Assembly: GCA_030704615.1 (NCBI GenBank)
Contig: CM060734.1
Span: 5,766,001 to 5,830,000 of the forward strand
DNA length: 64,000 bases
Reading direction: 5' to 3'
Origin: Takakia lepidozioides
Taxonomy: Eukaryota > Plantae > Bryophyta
Shown piece by piece: positions 52,101 to 64,000 of the stretch (position 1 is its first letter; each line of letters opens with the position of its first letter). The notes beneath the pieces were generated by a model. That model was not told the origin of the DNA. It did no database searches and saw only the letters and a program-made list of their open reading frames with translations. The position numbers and the translations under genes were made by a program.

Positions 52101-53078
52101 TGTTGGTCTGTCGGAGCTCTCAGGAATTCCTCGGGCTCCGACTCCTCAGATTCCTCCCGTCCTTGAGCGGCCTCGCTTCCAAAGGCATGAATTGCTTCCT
52201 CAAATGGCCGCTTCGGTGACACGTCACCCCCATCGGGCTCACCAGGATCATTATCTTTCGGGTCGTTCCGCTTTCACTTTGGCTTGCCCGACCCCATGAT
52301 GAGGCCGATCCTAAGGACGATTGCGTACTGAACTCTAAGCTCTGATACCAAGTGTCGCGCACCTCACTTCGGTAAGCTCCCCTTCAAGTCATAGTTACTC
52401 GCTTTGATGCGCGCGCCTAACTCCCTAACTGGCCGTCGGGCCAACTCGGAGCTTTGGCTGCTCACCGGGACATAACGGTCCCCCTTTACTCCTCCACAAG
52501 ACCCTCTCCCAATTTGGGCCTAGTGGAAATTCCTTTTGGTCGATGGCAGTCCGGAATAGCTCCCCACACCTTGGTCGCTTTCCGGCTCCCACGCTTACTC
52601 ACTAGTTTTTGGACACCAACGGGCTTGCACCGTTCTCGGGGTTACTACTCCCTATATATACTTCTGTGACTGTCCGCGGGGGTTTCACAAACAACCATGT
52701 CATTTTATGGCGAACCACCACGAAAACCCTCTATTCCCGGTGATGAGTCGCGGTGAGTCTTGGCCCACCCACCACGGTCCCATTGGACCGTGATGAGTCC
52801 CAAGACTCCCCATGACTCCCTCCACAAGGTCTCCGCCCCCATGGTGAGTCTTATGCCACCCCCACTAAGTCCCACTAAGCTACCACCACCCATTGTGGAA
52901 CCACCCCCACCGCAACCCGGTGTGCGGGGCTCCACCTAGCGAGCGCCTCCGCCTCCTTGAGTGCCTTGGGCACTCAAGGGTGCTTCATCCCCCGCAACTA
53001 ATGTTGCCACTACCCCCACCACAGGGGCAGCCCCTCACGTGTCCCGACCCCCTACCCTCAAGGCAAAGGGCCGCAACA
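46147..53078 (-). mobile_element. Full-length chromodomain Ty3/Gypsy retrotransposon; LTRs 52353-53078 and 46147-46868; TSD cctcg
   Basis: 5-bp TSD cctcg at 46142-46146 and 53079-53083. Met PBS at 52339-52350. Gag, knuckle CFNCGEPGHMAKKC, protease, RT YIDDIL, RNase H, integrase and chromodomain YEVEAVL...YLVKWKGY are present, with multiple frameshifts. Confidence 0.96.
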
Positions 53079-53083
53079 CCTCG

Positions 53084-53455
53084 TCACGTGGCGAGGCGTC
53101 ACTTGATGCTTTTAAATTTAAAAAAAAAACGATCGCCACACCGCGGGTCGTTGGATTTTTTTTAAAAAAACGACGCAACCGCCGCATGGCGGTCGCTATA
53201 TTTTAAAAAAACAAAAAAAGAACGGCCGCCAAATGGCGGTCGCTGCATTTTTTTAGATATATTAAAAAAGCGACCGCCAAACTGCAGTCGTTTTATTTAA
53301 GAAAACAAAATAAGCGACTGCCATTTGGCGGTCGCGTAATATTTTTAATATACAAAAAGCAGCGACCGCCCTTATGGCGGTCGCTTCATCTTAGAAAAAC
53401 CCAAGTTAGGGAAAAAGATCGACCGCCTTTGTGGCGGTCGCTTCATTTCCTTGTG
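53084..53455. repeat. Array of gcgaccgcc-n-ggcggtcgc palindromes ending ...CCTTGTG; probable arm of a CACTA/EnSpm-like DNA transposon
   Basis: About 7 hairpin copies separated by A-tracts. The terminus reads CACAAGGA on the - strand, and the same 8-mer ends a repeat-rich block near 20199. Confidence 0.55.
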
Positions 53456-54790
53456 ATGCATAGCGTGGTTGGCTAAATATGTAGAATGCATGCTAGCTTA
53501 CAAAAGTAGGAAGAGGTAAATTGGACAAGTCGTGTGTTTGCATAGTACCGAAAATCGGGTGATTCCCATCTAAGGGGCAAGGAAACTTGCGCCTACTTTG
53601 GGAGTTCACGTGTTAGTGCGCACTTGGCATGCGCGTGTACTATAACTGCGCTACCGAGGGGGTTGCCTTGTAGTGTGGGCTAACGTGGAAGCTACGCGCT
53701 TCCGTTCACGTACTATAACCGTGTAACCACGAGACGAAGTCTTAGTGCGACTTCGGCGTGTTCCCGTACCTCAGGCCAACATCTCAAAGCAGGCCCAATT
53801 GTAGTGATTAGGGCGCACGGATAGTTCGAGGTTCTCTTCCTAGTCAAAGGGGATCAAGGGGAACCCTTGCTCTAAGTGATGCCAAAATGTGGCATCATGA
53901 GCGGTCGCAAGCAATGTTGTTGCAGTACGACGATTCGATCCTCGGGGAGCACCGTACCTTTGGCTATGAAGTGGGCCAAGAAGAGTACACTGGGTGGGGC
54001 TTGAGAAGCTCCACCATTGGCCGTGACTTGGAGGAGTCGGCCGAACTAGCTAGTAGGGAGTAAGAGTCGAGTGAGAGTTTGGGACAAACTCCTTGATGTT
54101 GGACGCCACAACTTGGATGTTAGTTTCTGCCTTGAGGGCAGGGGGGTCGGGACACAAGAGGGGCTGCCCTTGTGGTGGGGGCAGCAGCAGCAAGTAGGAA
54201 TAGGGGCTGAAGCATGGCACTCAAGAGGGCGGAGGCGCTCACTAGGTGGAGCCCCGCCAACCGGGTTGCGGTGGGGGGGGGCTACACTGGGGCGGTGGTA
54301 GCTTAGGGAGTCGTAGTGGGGGTAGCATAGAACTCACCACGGGGCTGAGGCCTTGTGGTGGAAGTCGTGGGGAATCTTGGGGCTCACCACGGTCCATTGG
54401 GACTCACCACGACTCATCACGAGGAGTCGAGGGTCGTGGCGGTGGTTCACCATAAAAGGACTTGGCTGTTTGTGAGACCCTCGCCGACACCTACAAAAGT
54501 ATATATAGGGAGTAGTAACCTCGAGAACGGTGCAAGTCCGTTAAGCGACCAAAGCTAGTGAGCAAGCAAGCGAGCCGGAAAGCGACCAAAGTGTAGGGAG
54601 CTCTTTCGGACTGCCTATAACCAAAGGAAATTTCCATTGGGCCCAACTGTTCGAGGGTCTCGTGGGGGAGTAAGGGGGGACCGTTATGTTCCGGTGAACA
54701 GCCGAAGCCCCGACTTTGGGAGTTAGCCTAGGTGCGCGCATCAAAGCGAGTAACTATGACTTAAATGGGAGCTTACCGAAGTGGGGTGTG
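53452..54790 (+). mobile_element. Older, diverged 3' UTR + LTR remnant of the chromoviral family
   Basis: Collinear with 7665-9147 with internal deletions. It is followed by a short inverted fragment of the same family at 54821-54870. Confidence 0.85.
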
Positions 54791-54994
54791 CGATAGCAAT
54801 GCTTCTCAAAGCCCTAAGAACCAAGGGCCGCGACACACACCCCTACCAGCAAGGAGTCGATGTCCTCATTTTCACTTTTGCACTACGTGCAACACCTTGT
54901 AACACAAGAGCTATTTTCCCAAGCTCTCTTCTCAAGCTTTCAAGCTCTTCAACACCCAAGTGCGCAACTCTCTTTGCATGAAACCACATCACAC

Positions 54995-55346
54995 CAAGAG
55001 CATATATAACCCTTCCAAGTACAATCCCACTCTATCACTCTATAATAGTCAAGCCAATGGCACCTTAGCTAAAGGAATCCACCATACAACACTCCCACAC
55101 ACTCCTACTCATGAACTAGAGCCATGGAGGTGAGAGAGGCTCGGAAGGCTCAACTACGAGAAGATAAGTATTCCTAAGCCTCACGTGGAGATAAGCCTCT
55201 CCACGTCCCAAGTGAGGTTCACCACCTCACTTGGCACATGGAACCAAATGAAGTCCCAATGCCAACAAATAAAAAAATATATATGTATAAAGTCCTAATT
55301 AGTTAGAAATAACTATTTCTAACTAACCATGACTAAAACCATGACA
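54995..55346 (-). repeat. Diverged relative of terminal repeat X
   Basis: Shares ordered blocks with X (catatataacc, atcactc, agtcaagccaa, ggaatccac, ggctcaact.cgagaa, ctattt) and ends in TGACA at 55346. Confidence 0.6.
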
Positions 55347-55616
55347 CGGGGAGTACAGTCAAATGGCGGCCGAGAATAAATAGAGGTGGTAAATACCGAG
55401 GCATGATTAAAGGCATCAGTGTTGGTCGGTTTAGGATGAAGGCTCGATATTCATTAGGATGTCGTTTCTAGTTCGTCTCATCATGCCAGGAAGGAAAACA
55501 CACGAGAAAGGTTGAAATCGCTTATGTCCTTGGATGGATGCTATGATCAGGTTCACCGACGCTGGAGAGAGGGTATGGTGAGGAGGGGGGGGGGGGAATC
55601 TGGAAAAATGAGGTAG

Positions 55617-55647
<31 letters not shown>
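55617..55647. repeat. (CT)n microsatellite
   Basis: Directly visible. Confidence 0.95.
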
Positions 55648-55649
<2 letters not shown>

Positions 55650-56328
55650 GAAGTTGCCTAATGCGAAGATATGGTTTGGAGAACATGCCTTATGTACCAG
55701 TTTGTTTATTATTATTATTATTATTCGTAAAAATGCCTAACCGGCTATAGGGGTACGGTAATGCATAGGCATGCCCACAGGGTTCCCAAAAGTCCTTGCA
55801 GATTCCCGCTCGCCTTATGGTAAGGCGTCAGCGAATCGGAAGGTTGAAACATGGAACGTTGGCCGACGGGCAGGCGACGTGAGTATAGCCAAACGTTGGC
55901 GAAACACGATCTCATACCCCAATACACGGTCCACGCTCCGCCACCGCTTCAGCCGGTGGCAGAAACCGGCGGCCGATCCACATCCGTGGGGGCGCATTGA
56001 TGTCCACCGGTTATTTCCCGTTACAGGCGCGGGTGGATACCATCCTCCAAACTGAGGGGAGGAGTGTGGGAGGGGGATGGAATGTCTGTGTAAAAACGGT
56101 CGCATTGGTGGCCTCTGGAGTGCGTGGAGTTTGTGGATTGCAAGGAGAAAGTAAGCTGAAGGAAGCAGTGCAAAATTGGCGGAGGAGGAGAGAGGTCATT
56201 GGAACGGGCAGAGAGAGTGACTGGGTGTGTATTTGGAGAGAGAAAGAAAGAAATCACAATGTCCACAGGGGCAGAGTGATAATACGACAGGCTTGCGGAG
56301 GGAGATTCGCCTGAGGAAAAGCTGCAAA

Positions 56329-59300
56329 ATGGCAGGGTTAGGCCTGCTAGGACGAGTAAACATCTCACCACACTCCCGAGCCTTTGAATGCAGTCTAGCA
56401 TCACAACCCATAGATTCCCTTCCCTCTTGTCTCAAGCGGCATTCTTCTTCTTCTTCCTGTTCCTCCCATTGTTCGTACGCACATCTTCCTCCCTCGAAAA
56501 AAACGGCCTCATCAGTGTCCGTATCAGCCCGCAATGGCTGGACACAGGGGCCCAATGTCAATGTGTCACAGGTCGCGGCAATTCCAGCTCAAGCCGAGGT
56601 CGCAGTGACCTGGGGGATGACAGTGGGCCAGGCGGCACTCCAGGGACCCCGTGAGGAGATGGAAGACGAAGTGGTGGTGGAATCCGATGGACCCAATGGG
56701 TTCGTGTATGCTGCTATCTTTGATGGCCATGCGGGGTTCTCATCAGCTCAATTCCTTAGGTGAGTCCTTGGGGTGGAGAGAAGGAGACTGATAACTTCCG
56801 GTTCTTCTCATCAGCTAGAAAAAGGTGGAAGTGAGTTCCCTGGGGGAGGGCAAAAAAGCAAGGGATAGTCCCAGTTCATTTTCAAATAGAAGATTAATTA
56901 CTTCGCCAAACTTGTAGTAGTGAAGTAGGAATCGCCGGGTCAGGACAGCTCCCATTCAGTATCCATTTTGTTAAAGGTGGTGATTGAGACGGCGGAATTT
57001 AATCTAATATGAATACCGATCAGATGAGTACCGTCTGTACAGCTATGGGCAATGGGATTGCGAGCATCGCATTTAATTTGCGGGAGAGAGTTCTGCTGCT
57101 TTGCAAATAAAAGTGAATTCGATGGGTATTTTGTGTCTGGAAGAGGTTTTGTTGCTGAAAAACGAAGGGCTTTCGCATGTGTGAAATCTTCGGGTCTGTT
57201 TAGGATCGTCTGGGCAAGTTGACAAGGTGTGTTTCGTATCTATTTGCTCGGAATGGTATTGTCAATTGTTCGATACCTTTCTCCCTATTTCTGCCTATGG
57301 CATCATGTTGAGGATACCATCCAAAAGGACTGCACCCCTCTCTACTCGGTGTTGGTGTCTCTAAATAGTGCCTAAACTGACTACCCCCGTGCTACTGGGT
57401 TCTGGGGTCAATTCTGCACCACATGCATTGACTCTCCTATGGTGAAGATCTCTTTGGCCTCAAAACCAGGCCTTCAGCAGGGTGGAGTGGCGCCCATTCC
57501 ACTCTCTCCTCATCCTGTTTTTGGTCCTTTTTTTGCTCTCTCTTAGTCAGGTTTGTGGTCTATGACCACATCTACATCAAGCAGAGTCTAATGAGTACAA
57601 CCCTTCTTTGTCTCTCTCTCTCACTCTCTTTCCCCACATCTCCCACCTACCATTCATCTCTTTGGCCTTTGAATAATGTGTTCCTAGAGACGAGCTCTAC
57701 AAGGAGTGTGTGACAGCATTGGAAGGAGGTTCATTGTTGGAGTCCAGTGATTTGAGGGAGGCTGAGGCAGCGCTCACCCATGCTTTCCTGCGAGCTGATA
57801 AACGGCTACTTTCACTGTAAGCTTTTGTCCCGCTACAATATCATGGAGAACAAGATGATGATAGTAGTAGCCCGTGCCTCAGAGAGAGAGAGATATTTCA
57901 GATGTTTGGAGATTATAAATGGCCTCAACTTGGGTGCAGTGTGCAAATAATTCTGCATTTGTGAAGGTCAAATGCTGTGCTGTTAGTAGACTATTGCTCT
58001 ACTTACTTCTAATCATATAGGTTTCAAACCTTAGGGGACTAATCTGTATGTGAGGGAGGCTGGGGTGTGAATGACAGCAGTTGAGAGAGTAGGACACTAA
58101 TTCACATTCCTGTAGAGACATTAAGTCATCTGATGGACAACTCTGTAGCAGTGGGTGAATTGAAAGTCTCAGAGGTATTTAACACATTGCATTTAACTGC
58201 CAAGCCACATTCAAGTGAAGGAATTGTTCCCATCTGTGTTGTTTTGATATCTGGTAAACATTGTTGAATGGCTTGAACTATATAGCTATTTACCAGTACC
58301 AGTTAGTGTATCCAAGCTGGTTCCGTGGGTCATTCCAACCAAATGAATTCCTTCTCTATTGCAGGATAGTGATCCTTACACCCTTGATGAGAACACCATT
58401 GCCTGAGTCAACCTCCTTGTGGCTTATCATATATGTATGTGACATAGACGCAGTCCAGTAATATATGAAAAAGCTTTAAGGACCGAGGACAGTCTCTTGA
58501 GGTTGACTCCAGCAAAACAAAGCAATTGGCACACGGGACCTTTTTCTGACACAGCTGAGTTTGAAGGACACTAGCAGATTGATGTCCATCATGTGCAGAC
58601 TTGATTATACCCATGGAACTCCAGACCTGGAACATCCCTTCAAAGTGGGCAGTGTCATTGGGGTAACAAGCTCATGTCTGTATCAGTCTGTCTGCACTAC
58701 TCAAGAGGCCACTGACACGTGAGAATATGTAAGCTAGCCACTTGGAGCTGCAACAAATCATCCCAAATTTGTACCATAGGTATAATGCTCACATGAAAAG
58801 GCTTGCAGCTGCATGTCCAATGTCACTAGCTTGAGCTATGGTTGCTGTGGTTGGGAGATGCAGGTTGGAAGAGAGCATTGCAGGGCGAGAGAAGGAGTCA
58901 GGATCAACTGCCACTGTTATGCTTGTGCGCACTGATCGATTGGTGATGGCTCATGTGGGGGACTCGCGTGCGGTGGGTAATGGCTCATGCCAGCTCCGCA
59001 TCTCTCGTGAAATAGATACGTGGATGATGGTGTGAGCTTTAGAATGAAAAGGAGCACAACTGTGTACGAGAGGAGAAAGGATGTTTGTGGCCAAGTGACA
59101 CAGGGTACCATAGTGAATAGAAAGCTTGACTTACATTTGCAGACACTATATGTTTGTACCATGAGTACATTCAGATCAGTACATGACATATGCGGTCTAT
59201 TTTTTCATCTCTTCGTATGGCTCGTCGCTGATTATGGCAATAACCTGGTGGGTGGAATGGTGTAGCCAACAGCTACATAGAATGTTGAAGTGTCTCTCCC

Positions 59301-62300
59301 TCTCTCTCTCTACCAACATTGGTGTATTCTGATGTGAGTTTACATGTTGTCCTTCTTTGTCCCATGGATAAAGATTATTTTTTTCTCTCTGTCTCTGTCT
59401 CCGTCTCTCTCTTTGAGGAAAGGAAAGGACTCCAGATTGTCTCTGTGAAATGAATACGTCTCTGATTATGTGCAGATCTTGAGTCGAGCTGGGAAAGCTG
59501 AGGAACTCTCATCAGATCACCGCCCACATGGCAACAGCAAAACTTCTTTAGCAGAAGTCAAGCGAATTCAGGCAGCAGGTGGCTGGGTGTGTGCTACTCA
59601 TGACCGGCCCCTGTCCTGTCTGGTCCCTTAAACCTCCCTGCTGTATGCAATGGGTGAATGAAGGAATACCAGCACAGTTGGTTTTGTCATTCCCCTAATA
59701 GACACAGTTTATTTACTTGGCTCTTAGTGAAGGAAAGCCGTTTGTCTGCTGTCTGGCGCAGGTCAGCCATGGACGAGTTTGTGGGTCTCTGTCTGTCTCT
59801 CGTGCCTTTGGAGATGTCCAATTCAAGTCTCAAAAGAAAGAGTATGTACAATGCCATCTCATAAGTAAATAACTGAACCACAGAACAGAGAGGGATTGTT
59901 CACATAATTGTCAGAATGTTCTTGCCACAGGTTATGGGCCAGGACCCACAACTGTGACAGAGCAGGAGAAAAGATTGTAAAGGAGGGAGAATACACTCAT
60001 AAGACATTGTTTGCTGTAGTCTTGTGGCCACAGACCCTAAAGGAGAGAGTAAGAGAGGTCAACAACGGTGCCAAGAAAACACGAAGTGATTCATATTCTG
60101 CTTTAGCAGAGAACGATTGTCTTCTCACCAACAACATACTAATGTGTAGCTATTTCAACCCACTAATGGTCCTTTCCAGGTGTTCTCGCTTTCTCTCTCT
60201 GCTGTTTGCCCCCTCCACCCCCCAGAGGGAAACGGTTCCATCCTGTCCCTGGACCCTCGTGGCTCCCCGTGGACATTATAAAGTTTCTCTTTCTTTTCTC
60301 TCTCCACCCTTTGAAGCCACAGAGTGTCTTGCAGTGCATGTTTGTCAAATGAGTCAAATGTAGGGCTTAGAGTACCAGTGCTAGAATCCACATGGTATCT
60401 TGTAGCATGCTAAGCCCTAATTCTTGGTGATGTTGGCTTTGGAAGAGCAATTGATTATTCGGGTTCATTCAAGACCCTAGTTGGGAAAACCCACATGACT
60501 GACTCTGGGATGATGAATTTTCCGTGGGGACTATACTTTTGATGATATATCATAGCCAGCATTTGCAGGTAGTGGCCAATGAGTCATGTCTTCCCATCCA
60601 TTTCTCTCTACAGTCTTCCCGAATTGTTACTGCAGCCACATGTCTCCCTTCTGTGTCAGGAATAGGATAGTAGTTCTGTAATCACATAACATTTCTGGAT
60701 ATCATGTAAACTGCCAGGTTTGCAACCGATTAACGTTCAGTGAACCCAGTAAATAGATTGTTGATCTCAGGAGTGGTTGGTGGTGGCAGAATGCTTGCAG
60801 AGGGAATAAAGGGAAGGCGTTGGACAGAAGCATTTATATCTACGTGGGTTTCCTAAGGACTCTTATACATGCTGGTAGCTAGCAGAAAGTTTCTTTTTTA
60901 GTTTCAAAAGGAAGCTAAATATGTCTTACAAAAGAATCTCTTGCACACTCTCTCTCTCTCTCTTCAGAGATCTGAAGACAGTATTCATTTTCTGATACAC
61001 TGTCCGGGGTTCTCTCACCAAAGAGACGCTCTCTTCAAATCTATTCAGGGAATTGTGCCTGTACCCCTGTTTACCCACTTTGAAAGTCTTGAGGCTGAGC
61101 CAAAAGCCCAGGCCCTCCTGAAGCCTAGTTTTTGGGCAAATCACACACAGCAGATTGATGCTTGTGTGAAGGGATTTCTAGAGGATATCTGGAAAACCCG
61201 GATTAATTCTTTATATGGAGGTAAGTCTTACTACCAACGTCAGCCCCTGACAGAGGTAGGTTCTGTCCCTTTTGTTCCCGCTCAAACTGGGCGCGGGGTC
61301 AATGGCCACAAGGCTACGGCAAACAACGTCTTATGAGTACAATCTCTCTCTCTCTTCCCCCTCTCTTCTTCCTCTGTCGGGACCATGAGTAGGGCTATGG
61401 TCACAAGCAAGACAAACCTAATGGTTATATGTTTCTCATGTAGTCTCAGAATCTCATTTGGAAGTCTTCTTGAATGAGTATGTTTTCCTTGTCAGGAAAA
61501 ATCTTCATGGTGAATGGGTGGTGGCATCACCTGATACAAATCAATTGTTTTTAGATGAAGATGCAGAGTTTATTCTTTTGGCATCAGATGGCTTGTGGGA
61601 TTCGTTCAAGAGGTACGACCTTGCCTCTGCCATTACTTGTATCTTCTGATCTTATAGAACACAATTACAGAAACAGATACAAAAAAAAAACAGTCCGTTC
61701 ATGTGGATCCATAGCCTTACCTCCCTACACTTGCAGGATTAGGTATGGGCACAGAGCTTCTTATGAGTTTGTACACCACAAGTGCTCAAGTCCTGGGTTC
61801 AGAAGGAAAGGTCCTTGATGTTCCCCTCAGAAAGCTGCTAACTGAAGATATCACAACTACAGAGATTAAGGGTGTTTATGTGCTGGCAGTGCTGATGCTT
61901 CACAATTTGTGAGGAAGCAACTGAAGGAGCATGGGGACTCACAGGTATCTGCCACTTGCCATCTGATCGACCATTTGTCATTCATTAAGAGGTTTCACCA
62001 TCTAGAAGGTTCTTGGGAGGACCATGTAACCTAAGAACTAATGATGTGCCTGACTGAGAGATAGGGCTGGGACCAACACTCTCTACTGTATTGTGAGCTC
62101 GGGGATGCCCTAATGGATTGGCTTTTCAATGCAGCGTGCAGCTGAAGCTATTGCCAAAGCAGCTTTGGTTAGTAATACTCTCTCTCTCTCTCTCTTTCTC
62201 AGTTCATGGTGGGCAATGCAGAAAAGATGTTCAACATATAATCTATTCATCGGGTTGATCAAATCTTAATTAAGGATGCAGTAGGTCTTGCACTTTGCTA

Positions 62301-62858
62301 ATTGTGGTTTGGTTTGGTCTATCCTGCTGGATCAACACTGAGATAGAGAGAAATATGCTCATATGACTCTGCATGCTGTAGTAGCTTTGTGGCAACAGAC
62401 CCTCCACTGGTTGGACAGCAGGAAAGGGCGCAAAGGGTTTCTGGCAAGGGAACAAGTAGATTACTACCATCCTGTGAAGGCCTGCTCCATTAGTGAGACT
62501 CTGCTGTTGTACATGAAGTTGGTTCTGTGCTTAAAAGAGCTCCCTTAAAAAGTCATTCACTGAGTGAGAGAGTTAAGGAGTTCTGGGGGGGGGGGTGTGT
62601 GGAAGATGGTTCTGGCTACCATTAACAACAGCTGACTACAAATAAATTTGTGTGGTTCTCCCTGGTGCATTCTGGAGTTATGCTCTAGGAACCCATACTG
62701 TAGGTGTTAGCAGCAGGAAAAGATAGCCAGATGATTTAAGGAAAATTATATCTGACCATGGACAAATTCCAGTGTGATTCTTGCTGACAGAACTGTTCCT
62801 GGATCTTGCAGATGCGAAATGGGCAAGACAACGTTAGCATTATCATCATTGATTTCGG
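56329..62858 (+). CDS. PPH1: Chloroplast protein phosphatase 2C, PPH1/TAP38-like; exons 56329-56759, 57688-57816, 58864-58972, 59476-59586, 59762-59841, 60790-60843, 61496-61612, 61890-61944, 62135-62167, 62812-62858; last exon not identified
   Basis: Ser-rich transit-peptide-like N-terminus, then [76 protein letters not shown] and [12 protein letters not shown]. All introns are GT-AG with consistent phase. Confidence 0.9.
60940..61375 (+). mobile_element. 5'-truncated non-LTR retrotransposon 3' end inside a PP2C intron
   Basis: [10 protein letters not shown] finger remnant. The ORF ends [15 protein letters not shown], followed by atgagtacaat and a (CT)-rich tail. Confidence 0.65.
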
Positions 62859-64000
62859 GTATTTATCGCTCTGTTCTGCTCTCTGTGGCTCTCTCCCTGT
62901 ATTTGTGAAGCAAGTTTATGGCATGTCAAGGCTACTGTGTCTATCACCATCTGTCCCTCTTTGAAACACTGGGGTTAAAACCCCCGCATCCAACTACCAG
63001 AGGGTTAGTAGTCTGTGGTGATCCCCTCTCCTGGATCTCTCCCTTTCATGCTTGAGGGCTAGTCTCTGGAGGATACCAACCCTCGTGGAGTGGGTGAGGA
63101 CTAAAGTGTGAAACTCGCTCCGAGATTGCACGTTGGATAGCTGTCAACAGTTCATTAGATGGATACTGGAGTATTCATTTAATGGTTGGTCATAGAAAAT
63201 GAGAAACATCTTGTTGACTTCAACTCGTTACATATCTGGGTTGACACCAAGATGACACATGGCTTGGTGACAGTAGTATGAAAAGGGTGTGCGACTAGAG
63301 GAAAGAGGCTGTTATGATTGAAAGCCAGATGGTGTTGCAGGAGATTGTACCAACCAAATGGAGCAGCTCAAAATTCATTGTTTGGGGTATCAAAATGGTG
63401 GTGATAACAGGGGAAGATCAGGAGGCAGATTATATGTTTGGTGAATTGATTTTCAGTATTAATAGCCAAGTGGAGACATACTCCATCAGTTTTTGACGTG
63501 GGAATTTGCATGTACAACCCTATTCATCTGGATTTTCTTTCTACATTATTTGGTTAGCTCACAATGTACATGTTCGACCCTGCTCATGGTCGGTTACTCT
63601 ATAGAGAGTAGAGATTACACACTTGCAAGGTGAATGCAACTGGTGATGCCATAGCGGCCGGGGAAGTGACAGCCCCTTGCACGCCAAGCATGTATGCTTG
63701 GAGGAGAGCAGCTGCACCTGAAAGACGGTAGTAAGCCCCCTGGAGGGGAACCTGTCATAAGAGGCAACCTCATATGGACTTTGAATTGCTGTCATTTGTG
63801 TTTCTTAACCTCAGTACTTGGAATTTCTCTTGACATAGCTGATCAATTTCTAGAGTCAGGCAACCAAAAGTTGTGTTTGTATAAATCAAGAGCGTTTCAG
63901 TGGTGTTGTGTGTAGTACGGTTTTGAGGACTGAAAATGTTGGGTGTGAATCAAATGTAAATTGTTTCTTCCCAAAGTCAAGTCGCAAGCCCTGGTTGGCC

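Noticed and set aside
63694-63915. Candidate final exon of the PP2C gene
   Set aside because: No phase-compatible acceptor gives the expected C-terminal transmembrane segment; the last exon is probably beyond the window.

Overview
Eukaryotic genomic DNA, most likely from a non-seed land plant (bryophyte-like; inferred from gene content and intron style). Two spliced host genes lie on the + strand: a mitochondrial carrier (SLC25A44-like, 20278-23878) and a chloroplast PP2C of the PPH1/TAP38 type (56329 to beyond 62858). They sit among dense, nested transposon islands at 1-12.9 kb and about 25-55 kb. The main result is a Ty3/Gypsy retrotransposon (31053-41065, - strand) whose pol reads protease - C5 cytosine DNA methyltransferase - RT - RNase H - integrase - PHD finger. 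It also has split/permuted terminal repeats (X-internal-Y-X-Y-X-Y) and a primer-binding site complementary to its own LTR rather than to a tRNA. Two other elements also appear to carry methyltransferase-like modules: a spliced N4C/N6A-type MTase-like gene in a probable Mutator-like element, and a chromodomain plus PCIF1-like domain in an RNase H/REL-type LINE. All domain calls are by-eye motif recognition; no database searches were run. Some of the many frameshifts may be assembly errors.
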